Positions 1 to 8,057 of a stretch of DNA of 13,847 bases are shown here, in pieces. Below the pieces are notes generated by a model. That model worked only from the letters and a program-made list of their open reading frames with translations, was not told the DNA's origin and ran no database searches. This DNA comes from an uncultured Oligoflexus sp. (lineage in GTDB: Bacteria; Bdellovibrionota_B; Oligoflexia; Oligoflexales; Oligoflexaceae). Position 1 is the first letter of the stretch; each line of letters starts with the position of its first letter. A program made the translations under genes and the position numbers. The stretch covers positions 1 through 13,847 of the forward strand of contig CAXSGP010000024.1 in NCBI GenBank assembly GCA_964236955.1, given 5' to 3'.

Positions 1-2
1 AA

Positions 3-79
3 TGGAGCGGATGAAGGGACTCGAACCCTCGACCTGCGCGATGGCAACGCGCCGCTCTAGCCAACTGAGCTACATCCGC
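3..79 (-). tRNA. tRNA-Gly(GCC)
   Basis: The reverse complement reads GCGGATGTAGCTCAGTTGGCTAGAGCGGCGCGTTGCCATCGCGCAGGTCGAGGGTTCGAGTCCCTTCATCCGCTCCA. Acceptor stem GCGGATG/CATCCGC, anticodon stem GCGCG/CGCGC with loop TTGCCAT (anticodon GCC), T-loop TTCGAGT, U73 discriminator typical of bacterial tRNA-Gly, encoded CCA. Confidence 0.98.
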
Positions 80-122
80 TAACTTCGTGGAAGATCGATG
101 TGATCTCTCGTTGAGAGCTGTT

Positions 123-151
123 TATTTAAGGCTCCAGGAAATTCTTGTCAA
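123..151 (-). promoter_or_regulatory. sigma70-type promoter for tRNA-Gly
   Basis: The minus strand reads TTGACA (151-146), 17 nt, TAAATA (128-123), about 45 nt upstream of the tRNA 5' end. An AT-rich tract at about 161-192 could serve as an UP element. Confidence 0.7.
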
Positions 152-780
152 GGGACGATGTGATAAAAACACTAGAAATTTTTAATAATCTTTGGACTCT
201 ACTTCCTTGGCATGCCCGAAAACTTAAGGCTAACGATGAAGATAGAGTCGCCAATTCCTTGGCCGATAAGAACTTGAAAAAATTTTTAAGTCTTCGGGCT
301 GGTTCGAATTGGCAAGATCAAAACCGACTGGAGTGGAAGCCCATAGAAGACAGCGAAAGGCTACGCGAAAGTTTTATCCGCCTGCGCGACGCCTTTTATG
401 TTTGGAATTTAAAATCCAAACCAGGCCCGGGTCGACCTCCCCGCCTTATGTGGGAGTCAGGGAATATCACCGGGCATCGTCCCTACTTTTATCTGCAGGC
501 CTGGAACGAAATGGGCTACCTCTTTGAGATGACACAAAGAGGATGGGTCATTTCGCGTGCTGAAAAGATAGTCAATCTTGATCGGTTCATGCGCCTCCTT
601 AATGCCTGGGACCACGTCGTACTTTATGAAGCGGGTGAGTGGAATGGGCCATTGCGGGTAAAGTGTGAGCAGTGGGGGGAAGATTTGGTTAGCCTGTCCC
701 TTTATGAAGATGCGATGATACGGATGTTCACTGATCTTTTCCCAGCGGAATCTCTGGCGAAAAGACGGATCGACACCTGA
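145..780 (+). CDS. Hypothetical Trp-rich protein; true start probably downstream of 145 (e.g. TTG at 259 or 274)
   Basis: 211-codon open frame filling the space between the tRNA and exbB, with no family I recognise. The TTG at 145 overlaps the -35 box of the divergent tRNA promoter, so the start is uncertain. Confidence 0.55.
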   Translation: MSRDDVIKTLEIFNNLWTLLPWHARKLKANDEDRVANSLADKNLKKFLSLRAGSNWQDQNRLEWKPIEDSERLRESFIRLRDAFYVWNLKSKPGPGRPPRLMWESGNITGHRPYFYLQAWNEMGYLFEMTQRGWVISRAEKIVNLDRFMRLLNAWDHVVLYEAGEWNGPLRVKCEQWGEDLVSLSLYEDAMIRMFTDLFPAESLAKRRIDT

Positions 781-874
781 GAGAGTCCTATGCGATACCT
801 GAGTAATTAAGTTCATTGACGTAAAGCTACTCTGAACGTCGGATTTAGAATGTCGTTTTTCTAAGGAAATAAAA

Positions 875-1507
875 ATGGGTTTTAGTCTGGTTAGCAAGCT
901 TCTCGTTATCACGTCGCTCGGTAGTGAGTGGGTCCTCTGGATTCTGATTTTCCTGAGCGTTGTGTCGCTCGGTGTTATCGTGGAACGTTCGATTTTCTTC
1001 CTGCGCATCCGTCTTGATTTTCCAACTTTCTCCCAGGTCATCACGAAAAAACTCATAGACGACGATGTCAAAGGTATCAATGAACTCTGTCTGAGCTCAC
1101 CGGCGATCGAATCGCAGACGATACTGCGTGGCCTTCAGTACCGGGACAAAGGTGTCGCAGCGATGGAGCAAGGGATGACGGGCTTTCTCAATGGCGAAAA
1201 ACAAAAGCTCGATCATGGACTGGTCGTGCTTGGGACCTTAGGCAGTAACGCGCCTTTTATTGGGCTGTTTGGTACGGTTATCGGAATTATCCAGGCTTTT
1301 AGCGATCTTGCCAGTCATCCTGCCGGTGGACCATCGGTGGTCATGGCCGGAATTTCAGAAGCTCTGATCGCCACGGCGGTGGGACTCATCGTCGCTATTC
1401 CGGCAATTATCTCGTTCAACCTATTTATGCGCGTTGTAAAACGGAAGATCGCCAACTCTGAAGCCATGAAAAGTCTGATGATCGCTCATTTCTCCGAAAG
1501 GAATTAA
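875..1507 (+). CDS. exbB: MotA/TolQ/ExbB proton-channel family protein
   Basis: N-terminal TM helix, then the family motifs LGTLGSNAPFIGLFGTVIGII and GISEALIATAVGLIVAIPA. AAGGA RBS upstream. ExbB versus TolQ cannot be resolved from sequence alone. Confidence 0.92.
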   Translation: MGFSLVSKLLVITSLGSEWVLWILIFLSVVSLGVIVERSIFFLRIRLDFPTFSQVITKKLIDDDVKGINELCLSSPAIESQTILRGLQYRDKGVAAMEQGMTGFLNGEKQKLDHGLVVLGTLGSNAPFIGLFGTVIGIIQAFSDLASHPAGGPSVVMAGISEALIATAVGLIVAIPAIISFNLFMRVVKRKIANSEAMKSLMIAHFSERN

Positions 1508-1509
1508 AC

Positions 1510-1920
1510 ATGGCCGCAAGCATGGGTGATGATGATGACGGAATAAACGAGATTAACGTGACGCCTATGGTCGACGTAATGCTCGTCCTTTTGATCATCT
1601 TTATGGTGACTGCCAATTATATGACGAGTCAATCGATCGAGATGAAACTTCCCAAGGCCTCGACCGGAGCTCCCAACGAGGCCGTGCAAAACCTTGGGTT
1701 CAGTATCGACAAAGATTCCAATCTTTTCCTGGATGGCCAGCCTGTCAAGTATTCCAACCTTACCGCTATCCTTGATGAAAAGAAGCGGGTCAAACCCGAT
1801 ATCTCAGCCTTGATATCTGCCGATGTTAAAACGCCCCATGGTGAAGTCGTGAAGCTCATCGATTTTATCCGCAAAAACGGAATTACGAATTTCGCGATTA
1901 ATGTTGAGATAGAAGAATAG
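1510..1920 (+). CDS. exbD: ExbD/TolR biopolymer transport family protein
   Basis: EINVTPMVDVMLVLLIIFMVTA transmembrane motif with the conserved Asp, and the periplasmic ISAD..TPHGEVVKLID motif. Starts 2 nt after the exbB stop. Confidence 0.93.
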   Translation: MAASMGDDDDGINEINVTPMVDVMLVLLIIFMVTANYMTSQSIEMKLPKASTGAPNEAVQNLGFSIDKDSNLFLDGQPVKYSNLTAILDEKKRVKPDISALISADVKTPHGEVVKLIDFIRKNGITNFAINVEIEE

Positions 1921-1927
1921 TGGTCGG

Positions 1928-1957
1928 CTCCCCGAGACTCGTCTTAGGGGAGGTTTT
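1928..1957 (+). terminator. Probable intrinsic terminator after exbBD
   Basis: Stem CTCCCC-GAGA / TCTT-(A)-GGGGAG with a CTCG loop, followed by GTTTT. The U-tract is short. Confidence 0.5.
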
Positions 1958-2068
1958 CATGTATTTTCGTCGCTCGGATTTTCCAAGCTCTGATTGTGGA
2001 AGGTCTTGAGGCTAATGTATAACCTGCGATACTGAGAAGTAGCGGCAGCAGAGCCGGGAGAAACGTAA

Positions 2069-3517
2069 GTGGATGTTAAAATGGCAGAAGCGGATAAAAC
2101 TCTCAGTTACCAAGACTGCTATAACTGGCTTTATGAGAAGATCTTTCCTCTCAGACCAGCCGACTATTGCAGCAAATATCCGAAGTGGCCAGGCCTCGTC
2201 GGAATAGAAGTCGAAATGCTGCCCCTCTATACGGCTAGCCTTGGCCAGGATAAACCGAGTCCAGTGCCACTTTACGAAGGTAAAGGCAACCTGGTCGAAA
2301 TGCTTTATGGCATGCAGAAAGACCATTCCGACTGGAATTACGTCGCCGCGCCGCCCGAGAGCGATCACCTTATGAATGTTCTGCTTGAAGATAAGGATCA
2401 GCTTTCATTTGAGCCCGGCGGTCAACTGGAATTTTCAAGCAAGCCCTATCCCTGTCTATCGGATGCCCTCAAACGGATGCGCGATATCCAGAAAATCGTC
2501 GATGATGCGGCAAAGGCTCAAGGCATCACGATTCTGCAGGTTGGGATGAATCCATGGAAAACCGTTGAAGAGATCGGCCTGCAGATGCAGAAGCCGCGTT
2601 ATCGGGCGATGGATGCTTTTTTCGCCGCTCAGGGTCCTCATGGTCAACGCATGATGAGACAGACCTGTACGATACAAATCAACCTTGATTTTGGTAATTC
2701 CGAAGAAACCTTGGCCAAACGCTATGTGCTCGGCAGTCTTCTGGCGCCGTTCGCCACGGCGATCTTCGCCAACTCGCCCTTGCTGGGTGCTAAAGCCAAC
2801 GGACTTTTGAGCAATCGAGGCGATACCTGGCAGCATATGGATCCCACCCGCACCGGCTTTCCCAAGCTTGATCAGGTGATAAAAACACTTTCCCGCAAAG
2901 CCTGCGTCGAAGCCTATCTGGGATGGATGCTCAACGGTCGCGTGGTATTCAGTGAGCGTCATGACTTCAAGGTCATGGATGGCCAATTTACCTTTGGCGA
3001 CTGGATAACGAAAGGCTTTTTGGGCACAAAACCGACTTTGAATGACTTGCAGACGCATCTATCGCTGCAATTTCCGGAAGTTCGCGCCCGAGGATTCTTA
3101 GAATTGCGCTCAGTCGATTGTCAGCATCGTTACTGGCAGGCGGCACCGGGAGCTTTCTATACTGGTCTTCTCTATGACGATCAGAGCATGAATAAGGCGC
3201 TCGATCTACTCCTGCCAGAATTTGCCAAACTCCAAAGTCATTGGCAAAAAGCACCTATGGGCCTCCGCGACCAGGAGATGGCAAGGCTTTCGAAACAAAT
3301 TTCGGAACTTGCCATCGAAGGCTTTTCGCGCATGCCCTCCTGCTATCATGGCGAAGAGAGCGCTCACGTGATGGAGGCTTTCCATCATTACTATACCGAA
3401 AGAGGCCGTACGCCGGCCGATGAGATTCTCGATACATGGAAGGCCAAAGGCCGATTTACAGGTCTGGACGTTCTCGAATATGAAAATGTTTGGGCCAGGT
3501 TGAATTTGAATAGATAA
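2069..3517 (+). CDS. gshA: Glutamate-cysteine ligase (GCS2 family, plant/alphaproteobacterial type; EgtA-related fold)
   Basis: Motifs GIEVEM, LSFEPGGQLEFS, MQKPRYRAM, MMRQTCTIQINLD, IFANSP, TWQHMDPTRTG and HLSLQFPEVRARGFLELRSVD. GTG start with a GGGAG RBS; ATG 2081 is an alternative start. Confidence 0.9.
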   Translation: MDVKMAEADKTLSYQDCYNWLYEKIFPLRPADYCSKYPKWPGLVGIEVEMLPLYTASLGQDKPSPVPLYEGKGNLVEMLYGMQKDHSDWNYVAAPPESDHLMNVLLEDKDQLSFEPGGQLEFSSKPYPCLSDALKRMRDIQKIVDDAAKAQGITILQVGMNPWKTVEEIGLQMQKPRYRAMDAFFAAQGPHGQRMMRQTCTIQINLDFGNSEETLAKRYVLGSLLAPFATAIFANSPLLGAKANGLLSNRGDTWQHMDPTRTGFPKLDQVIKTLSRKACVEAYLGWMLNGRVVFSERHDFKVMDGQFTFGDWITKGFLGTKPTLNDLQTHLSLQFPEVRARGFLELRSVDCQHRYWQAAPGAFYTGLLYDDQSMNKALDLLLPEFAKLQSHWQKAPMGLRDQEMARLSKQISELAIEGFSRMPSCYHGEESAHVMEAFHHYYTERGRTPADEILDTWKAKGRFTGLDVLEYENVWARLNLNR

Positions 3518-3528
3518 GGTTCGCACCA

Positions 3529-3547
3529 GGTGCCGGTCGAAGGCACC
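3529..3547 (+). terminator. GC-rich hairpin after gshA (possible terminator or mRNA stabiliser)
   Basis: GGTGCC-GGTCGAA-GGCACC starts 12 nt after the stop codon. There is no adjacent U-tract, so readthrough into gdh is possible. Confidence 0.3.
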
Positions 3548-3665
3548 GGCTGAGTTGACGAAGAGTTTAAGATTTTGGGAGTTTTTTTGTCGGTGAGGGC
3601 AACCTTCAGCCATCGCGCCGAAGAATAATAAGCAACAATATTTTGTATTGTTTAGGGACTGGCAA

Positions 3666-6600
3666 ATGAAGTTAGACAAGTTGAAGAAGACCGAAGGACA
3701 GGACGCAGATCTTGGATGGGATTTTTCCGATACGGTAGATGTACAGCCGTCGATAACGAAGGACCTCATAGGCGATGCCCTCGATAACTATATCGAAGAT
3801 ATCGCCGAGACGGTCCGGGTTGGTGTCGACCATAGTATTTCTATTCTGACCCCATGGTTCTTTAACGCGATGCCGCCGATCTACTACCAGACGACCCCGC
3901 GCCAGGAAAAGGTTCGCCATTTATCCGCAATCATCACCGGCCATGTGTTTGAAACCAAACAGACGGTAGAGCTTTGGGACCGCGATCGGCAGAAGGTGAC
4001 TTATATCGGTCCGGGTGGCGATAGAAAGATACTGTCCGACATGGCCGCCCGCGTCAAAGGCCTTGCTTTGAAAATGGGCGCGCTCTACTTTTCCCGGGAT
4101 AAACTTCTCTTCCTCTCGACTTTTATCTGTTCCAAACATAAGGCCTTGGAAAGCGACAATCGCCACGTCATGGATAAGATTTCGCGCGCACGCGACCTGA
4201 TGCTTGCCGAATCGCCCGGTGGCGAAGAAGTCGTCGATCGCTACATTGCCAACCTCGATAACGATTTCGTCACTTATGCCACGAGTTCGCGTCTGCTTCT
4301 GACCTATCGCATGGTCAAGCATATGCTCGATCATCAGGGCGCTCACACCGTTCTTGAACTTATCGATAACAGTCTGGGCGCCCGCCTCATGATTGGCTTG
4401 AAAAACGTCGGAACGGCGAATATTCTCGAACCCATAATGAAGCTAATCCACCGCTATGATTTCTTCGTCGGTCGCGCTTTCGTCGTGCGCTTCGAGGAAG
4501 GTTATTCGGAATCGATCACCGTCGTGCACTTTATCCTGTCGCACGGTTCCAATCAAAAGATCACCGGCACCGAAGTTCCCATGATTCAATTGACGAAGGC
4601 CCTCAGAACCCTGAACTGGGTCGATCATGATGATTTCTCGCGCCTGGTCGAAGCGCCTTATGATCTATCGATCAATGCGGCCAATATCGTGCGGTCGATG
4701 GCCAACTGGTGTCATATCTTCCTCAGTAAGCAAAATCCCTATGCTTATAGCGTTTACAAGATAGGCAATACCTTCTTTCAAAATTTTGAGGTCGTGCAGA
4801 CTCTGATCAAGCTCTTCCGTGCGAAGTTTGATCCTCAGGCGCGTGAGAATTGGGAGCAGGTTTTCGCTGCGGCCGAAGCGGAATTAAATGATAGGGTCGA
4901 GGACCTTATCGAAGAGGTCGATCGCAATATCTTCAAGGAATGTCTTAATCTCATCGTGCATTGCCAGAAGACCAACTATTTCCTTTCGACCAAAACCGGT
5001 CTTGCCTTCCGCATTTCGCCTGACGTTTTGGACAAGAAGTATTATCCGAACTCGCCCTTCGCAATCTTTTACGTCATCGGCAAGGACTTCCGCTTCTTCC
5101 AGGTGCGATGGAAGGATATTTCCCGCGGTGGCGTGCGGGTCGTCATGCCGCGCACGGATGCCGACTATGATATGGCGTTGGCAGGACTCTTTGATGAAGT
5201 CTATGGCCTTTCGAATGCGCAGCAGCTTAAAAACAAGGATATTCCGGAAGGCGGGTCTAAAGCGGTTCTCGTTCTCAAGACGGGTGGTCACAGGGATCAG
5301 GCCGTGAAGGGTTCCATCAATGCTCTGCTCGACCTTCTGGTGGAGGAGGATGAGTCGCATGAATCGACCAAGACCAAAGTCGTCAGCTACTATCCGAAGT
5401 CCGATATCATCTATCTCGGCCCCGATGAAAACATCACCAATGAACTCATCGTTTGGATTCCTGAACAGGCCCGTCGTCGTGGTTATCGCTATGCTTCGGC
5501 CTTCATGTCTTCGAAGCCGGGCGAGGGCATCAACCATAAGACTTATGGCGTCACTTCGGAAGGTCTCAACGTCTATGTCGACAACGTCTTGCATTACCTT
5601 GGAATAGACCCCGATAAGCAGCAGTTTTCGGTCAAGATCACCGGTGGTCCTGATGGTGATGTTGCCGGTAATGAAATCAAGATCCTTTATCGTGAATACG
5701 GTGAAAATGCACGTGTCGTATCGGTCAGTGATGGCTATGGAGCCGCTTACGATCCCAAAGGCCTGGAGTGGCCCGAGCTTTTAAGACTGGTCCATGAGAA
5801 CAAATCGATCATGGATTTTGACAAAGAAAAGCTCAGCAAGGAACCGGGTGCCTTTGTTATCGTTGCCAACAACAATGAGAATATTCGTATCCGCAATGAG
5901 GTTTACCGTAAGGTTTATGCGGACATCTTCATCCCAGCCGGCGGTCGTCCCTACTCGGTCAATGACAAAAACTGGGCGGACTTTTTCACGAAAACCGGCC
6001 AGGCCACGACCCGGGCGATCGTCGAAGGTGCAAACATCTTTTTCACCGAAGAGGCCCGCCGTCAGCTTCAGGATCGCGGCATCATCATCATCAAAGATTC
6101 TTCCGCAAATAAGACCGGTGTTATCTGTTCCTCTTATGAAATCATTGCTTCGCTAACTTTGAGCAAAGACGAGTTCTTGGCGTTAAAAGAAATATATGTA
6201 TCGGAAGTCATTAAGATACTTAGGGAAAAGGCCGACCTGGAAGCGAAGCTTTTGTTTCGCTCACTGATTCAGCAGGAGACCAAGACTTTGGTTGAATTGT
6301 CGCTGATGATATCCAAAGAGATCAATCAGCTGACCGACATTCTGCTCGAAAAGCTGTCGGAGAATATTGTTGAAGTCCTTGCTGATAAGTTCTTCCAGGA
6401 TATTGTCATTCGTCATTGTCCGCCGGTGCTCGTTGAGAGGTACAGGGATCGCATTCTTGAGCGCCTGCCTGAAGCCCATAAGATTGCGATCATCTCATCG
6501 TCGATTGCAAGTTATGTCGTTTATAAAGAAGGCCTCGGCTGGATCAAGACTTTGCCCAAGGCCCATCAGTTCGATGCCTTGATTATTTACATGCAGAAAG

Positions 6601-6740
6601 ATCAGCTTGCCACTCGTCTGATCGAATCGATCAAGACAGCGACACTTGCTGATAAGGAGCAGATTAATTCGATTCTGACACGGAGTGCCGCAAGGAATCT
6701 TACCGATCTGGAATTGCAAAGTCGTTTTTCGAACGGTTGA
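3666..6740 (+). CDS. gdh: Large NAD-specific glutamate dehydrogenase (~1020 aa, GDH2-like class)
   Basis: Motifs SRGGVR, QQLKNKDIPEGGSKAV, YLGPDEN, GINHKTYGVTSEG, TGGPDGDVAGNE, DIFIPAGGRP, IVEGANIF and KDSSANKTGVICSSYE. ATG 3666 is preferred over TTG 3648 because of the AGGGA RBS at 3654-3658. Confidence 0.93.
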   Translation: MKLDKLKKTEGQDADLGWDFSDTVDVQPSITKDLIGDALDNYIEDIAETVRVGVDHSISILTPWFFNAMPPIYYQTTPRQEKVRHLSAIITGHVFETKQTVELWDRDRQKVTYIGPGGDRKILSDMAARVKGLALKMGALYFSRDKLLFLSTFICSKHKALESDNRHVMDKISRARDLMLAESPGGEEVVDRYIANLDNDFVTYATSSRLLLTYRMVKHMLDHQGAHTVLELIDNSLGARLMIGLKNVGTANILEPIMKLIHRYDFFVGRAFVVRFEEGYSESITVVHFILSHGSNQKITGTEVPMIQLTKALRTLNWVDHDDFSRLVEAPYDLSINAANIVRSMANWCHIFLSKQNPYAYSVYKIGNTFFQNFEVVQTLIKLFRAKFDPQARENWEQVFAAAEAELNDRVEDLIEEVDRNIFKECLNLIVHCQKTNYFLSTKTGLAFRISPDVLDKKYYPNSPFAIFYVIGKDFRFFQVRWKDISRGGVRVVMPRTDADYDMALAGLFDEVYGLSNAQQLKNKDIPEGGSKAVLVLKTGGHRDQAVKGSINALLDLLVEEDESHESTKTKVVSYYPKSDIIYLGPDENITNELIVWIPEQARRRGYRYASAFMSSKPGEGINHKTYGVTSEGLNVYVDNVLHYLGIDPDKQQFSVKITGGPDGDVAGNEIKILYREYGENARVVSVSDGYGAAYDPKGLEWPELLRLVHENKSIMDFDKEKLSKEPGAFVIVANNNENIRIRNEVYRKVYADIFIPAGGRPYSVNDKNWADFFTKTGQATTRAIVEGANIFFTEEARRQLQDRGIIIIKDSSANKTGVICSSYEIIASLTLSKDEFLALKEIYVSEVIKILREKADLEAKLLFRSLIQQETKTLVELSLMISKEINQLTDILLEKLSENIVEVLADKFFQDIVIRHCPPVLVERYRDRILERLPEAHKIAIISSSIASYVVYKEGLGWIKTLPKAHQFDALIIYMQKDQLATRLIESIKTATLADKEQINSILTRSAARNLTDLELQSRFSNG

Positions 6741-6770
6741 TTTTCGAGAACCCACCTCGCCTTTCAAAAG

Positions 6771-6805
6771 TGACTGAGGCATAGGCATCCTCGGTCGTTT
6801 TTTTT
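6771..6805 (+). terminator. Rho-independent terminator of gdh
   Basis: Stem TGACTGAGG/CCTCGGTCG with G-U pairs and a 9-nt loop, followed by T8 at 6798-6805. Confidence 0.85.
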
Positions 6806-6983
6806 CGTACTTACTCTATAAATTTCAAAAAGGCACGGACGCTATAAAGTTCGGCTTTGAAGAGAGCTTGCAGGAGCTGGTTTCTATTTTTAAAAATGAC
6901 CCATTACCCCGAGGCCAGCTATCGCGTTGACCATGCCTGGCGATGCCGGGTCCCTTTGGGAAGGATCAGCATTTTGAATCTGA

Positions 6984-7586
6984 TCACTTCGATTTTGCTT
7001 CATCAGTAGGGATGGGATCTGCTGGTTTGGTCGATGCGCTTTCTGCTCCTTTGACTTTCGCCGCAATCATACGGATCAAAGAATCAATCTCGTTTTTATC
7101 AAGCTTGCCGGCTTTTTCGTATAAAACGCTTCCGTCACGATCGACCAGTAGTACATGATAACCTTCGGGAGTGAGGTTCCAGTTTTGCGAGGCATAGCGA
7201 TCCTTGTCAAAAACATAAGTCGTGCGCGGGAACTTCTCCTGCTTGCCTCTTAAAACCTTCATGATGATGACGTTGGGCTTCCAGGTGGCAGCCATGTTGA
7301 TAATCGCAACGGAATGAAAATACTGTTGGGAAAACTTTTCCTCTTTCAGGCGATCGATCAGAGCATCATTCAATTCACTTTCATCGGGGTCGACGTAGAC
7401 CATAAAATTGAGTGTTCCATTCATCGACTGGCTGTCCCAACTTCCACCATCTTTTACGTTGCCACCATGGTCACCGGAAATAACCAGAGCGGGCAGGGCA
7501 CGACCCACTTCCAGTTTAAAGGCCGCGAAGGCGCTCATTGGCGCGAGGCTCAAAAAGAGCAATAGACCGGACAGAAGCATCTGCAT
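6984..7586 (-). CDS. ytfJ: YtfJ-family exported protein (thioredoxin-like fold, no CxxC)
   Basis: Signal peptide MQMLLSGLLLFLSLAPMSAFA, then LPALVISGDHGG...WDSQSM, LNDALID, AIINMAATW, YVFDKD...WNL and VLLVDRDGSVLYEKAGKL, which match the YtfJ family as I recall it. A GAGGT RBS before ATG 7586 favours this start over 7649. Confidence 0.8.
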   Translation of the reverse strand: MQMLLSGLLLFLSLAPMSAFAAFKLEVGRALPALVISGDHGGNVKDGGSWDSQSMNGTLNFMVYVDPDESELNDALIDRLKEEKFSQQYFHSVAIINMAATWKPNVIIMKVLRGKQEKFPRTTYVFDKDRYASQNWNLTPEGYHVLLVDRDGSVLYEKAGKLDKNEIDSLIRMIAAKVKGAESASTKPADPIPTDEAKSK

Positions 7587-8057
7587 AATGACCTCAGTAA
7601 AGATACGGTTACTTAGGGAACCCTTGAGCGGGCGCGATTCCCTTGACAATTACATGAGAAAATGAGGCAGGGCAAATACAGAGTCTCTCAACGATCATGG
7701 GTTTGAAGATGTCAGGCTATTCCTGTTTATTTTCCCGACCTCCAAGTGAACCGCTCTCAAACATATTCCCCTATTTTTTCAAACATCCTGGAGCAGACAA
7801 GCCCCTAAAGCTTTTTCGCGCCATTTTTACTGAGTTTATTATCGTCGTATTCACCTAATTAGCAGTATGTAACGGAAACGGGTCAATCCGCTTAAAAATG
7901 GGGAATCAAGCTTTAATCGCCTCGGCCTTAGGGGTTCAACGGCGTCCGGGTAGAGGGGTGACCGCATTATCCCTTCCCATTCTTAAACATGATATAGAGG
8001 TGAACGATCGCGAACAGAATAATCAAACGATTGCGGCACACAAGAGTCAAGGTCTTT

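Noticed and set aside
1..79. tRNA-Gly as an integration site for an island in this window
   Set aside because: The tRNA 3' end points out of the window. I saw no duplicate of its 3' end and no integrase, and the neighbouring genes are housekeeping.
816..851. TTGACG...TAGAAT promoter for exbB
   Set aside because: The spacer is 24 nt, which is incompatible with sigma70.
457..1080. 207-aa minus-strand ORF, and similarly 2456..3058 and 3206..3769
   Set aside because: They overlap well-supported plus-strand genes in antisense and show no family features.
3672..6788. Antisense and alternate-frame ORFs over gdh (e.g. 4884..5594, 3921..4346)
   Set aside because: They are fragmented shadow ORFs of a long, clearly real gene and have no recognisable motifs.
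6823..6861. Imperfect hairpin between the convergent gdh and ytfJ-like genes
   Set aside because: It has multiple bulges and G-U pairs, and no promoter or family motif. It is not distinguishable from chance or a 3' UTR structure.
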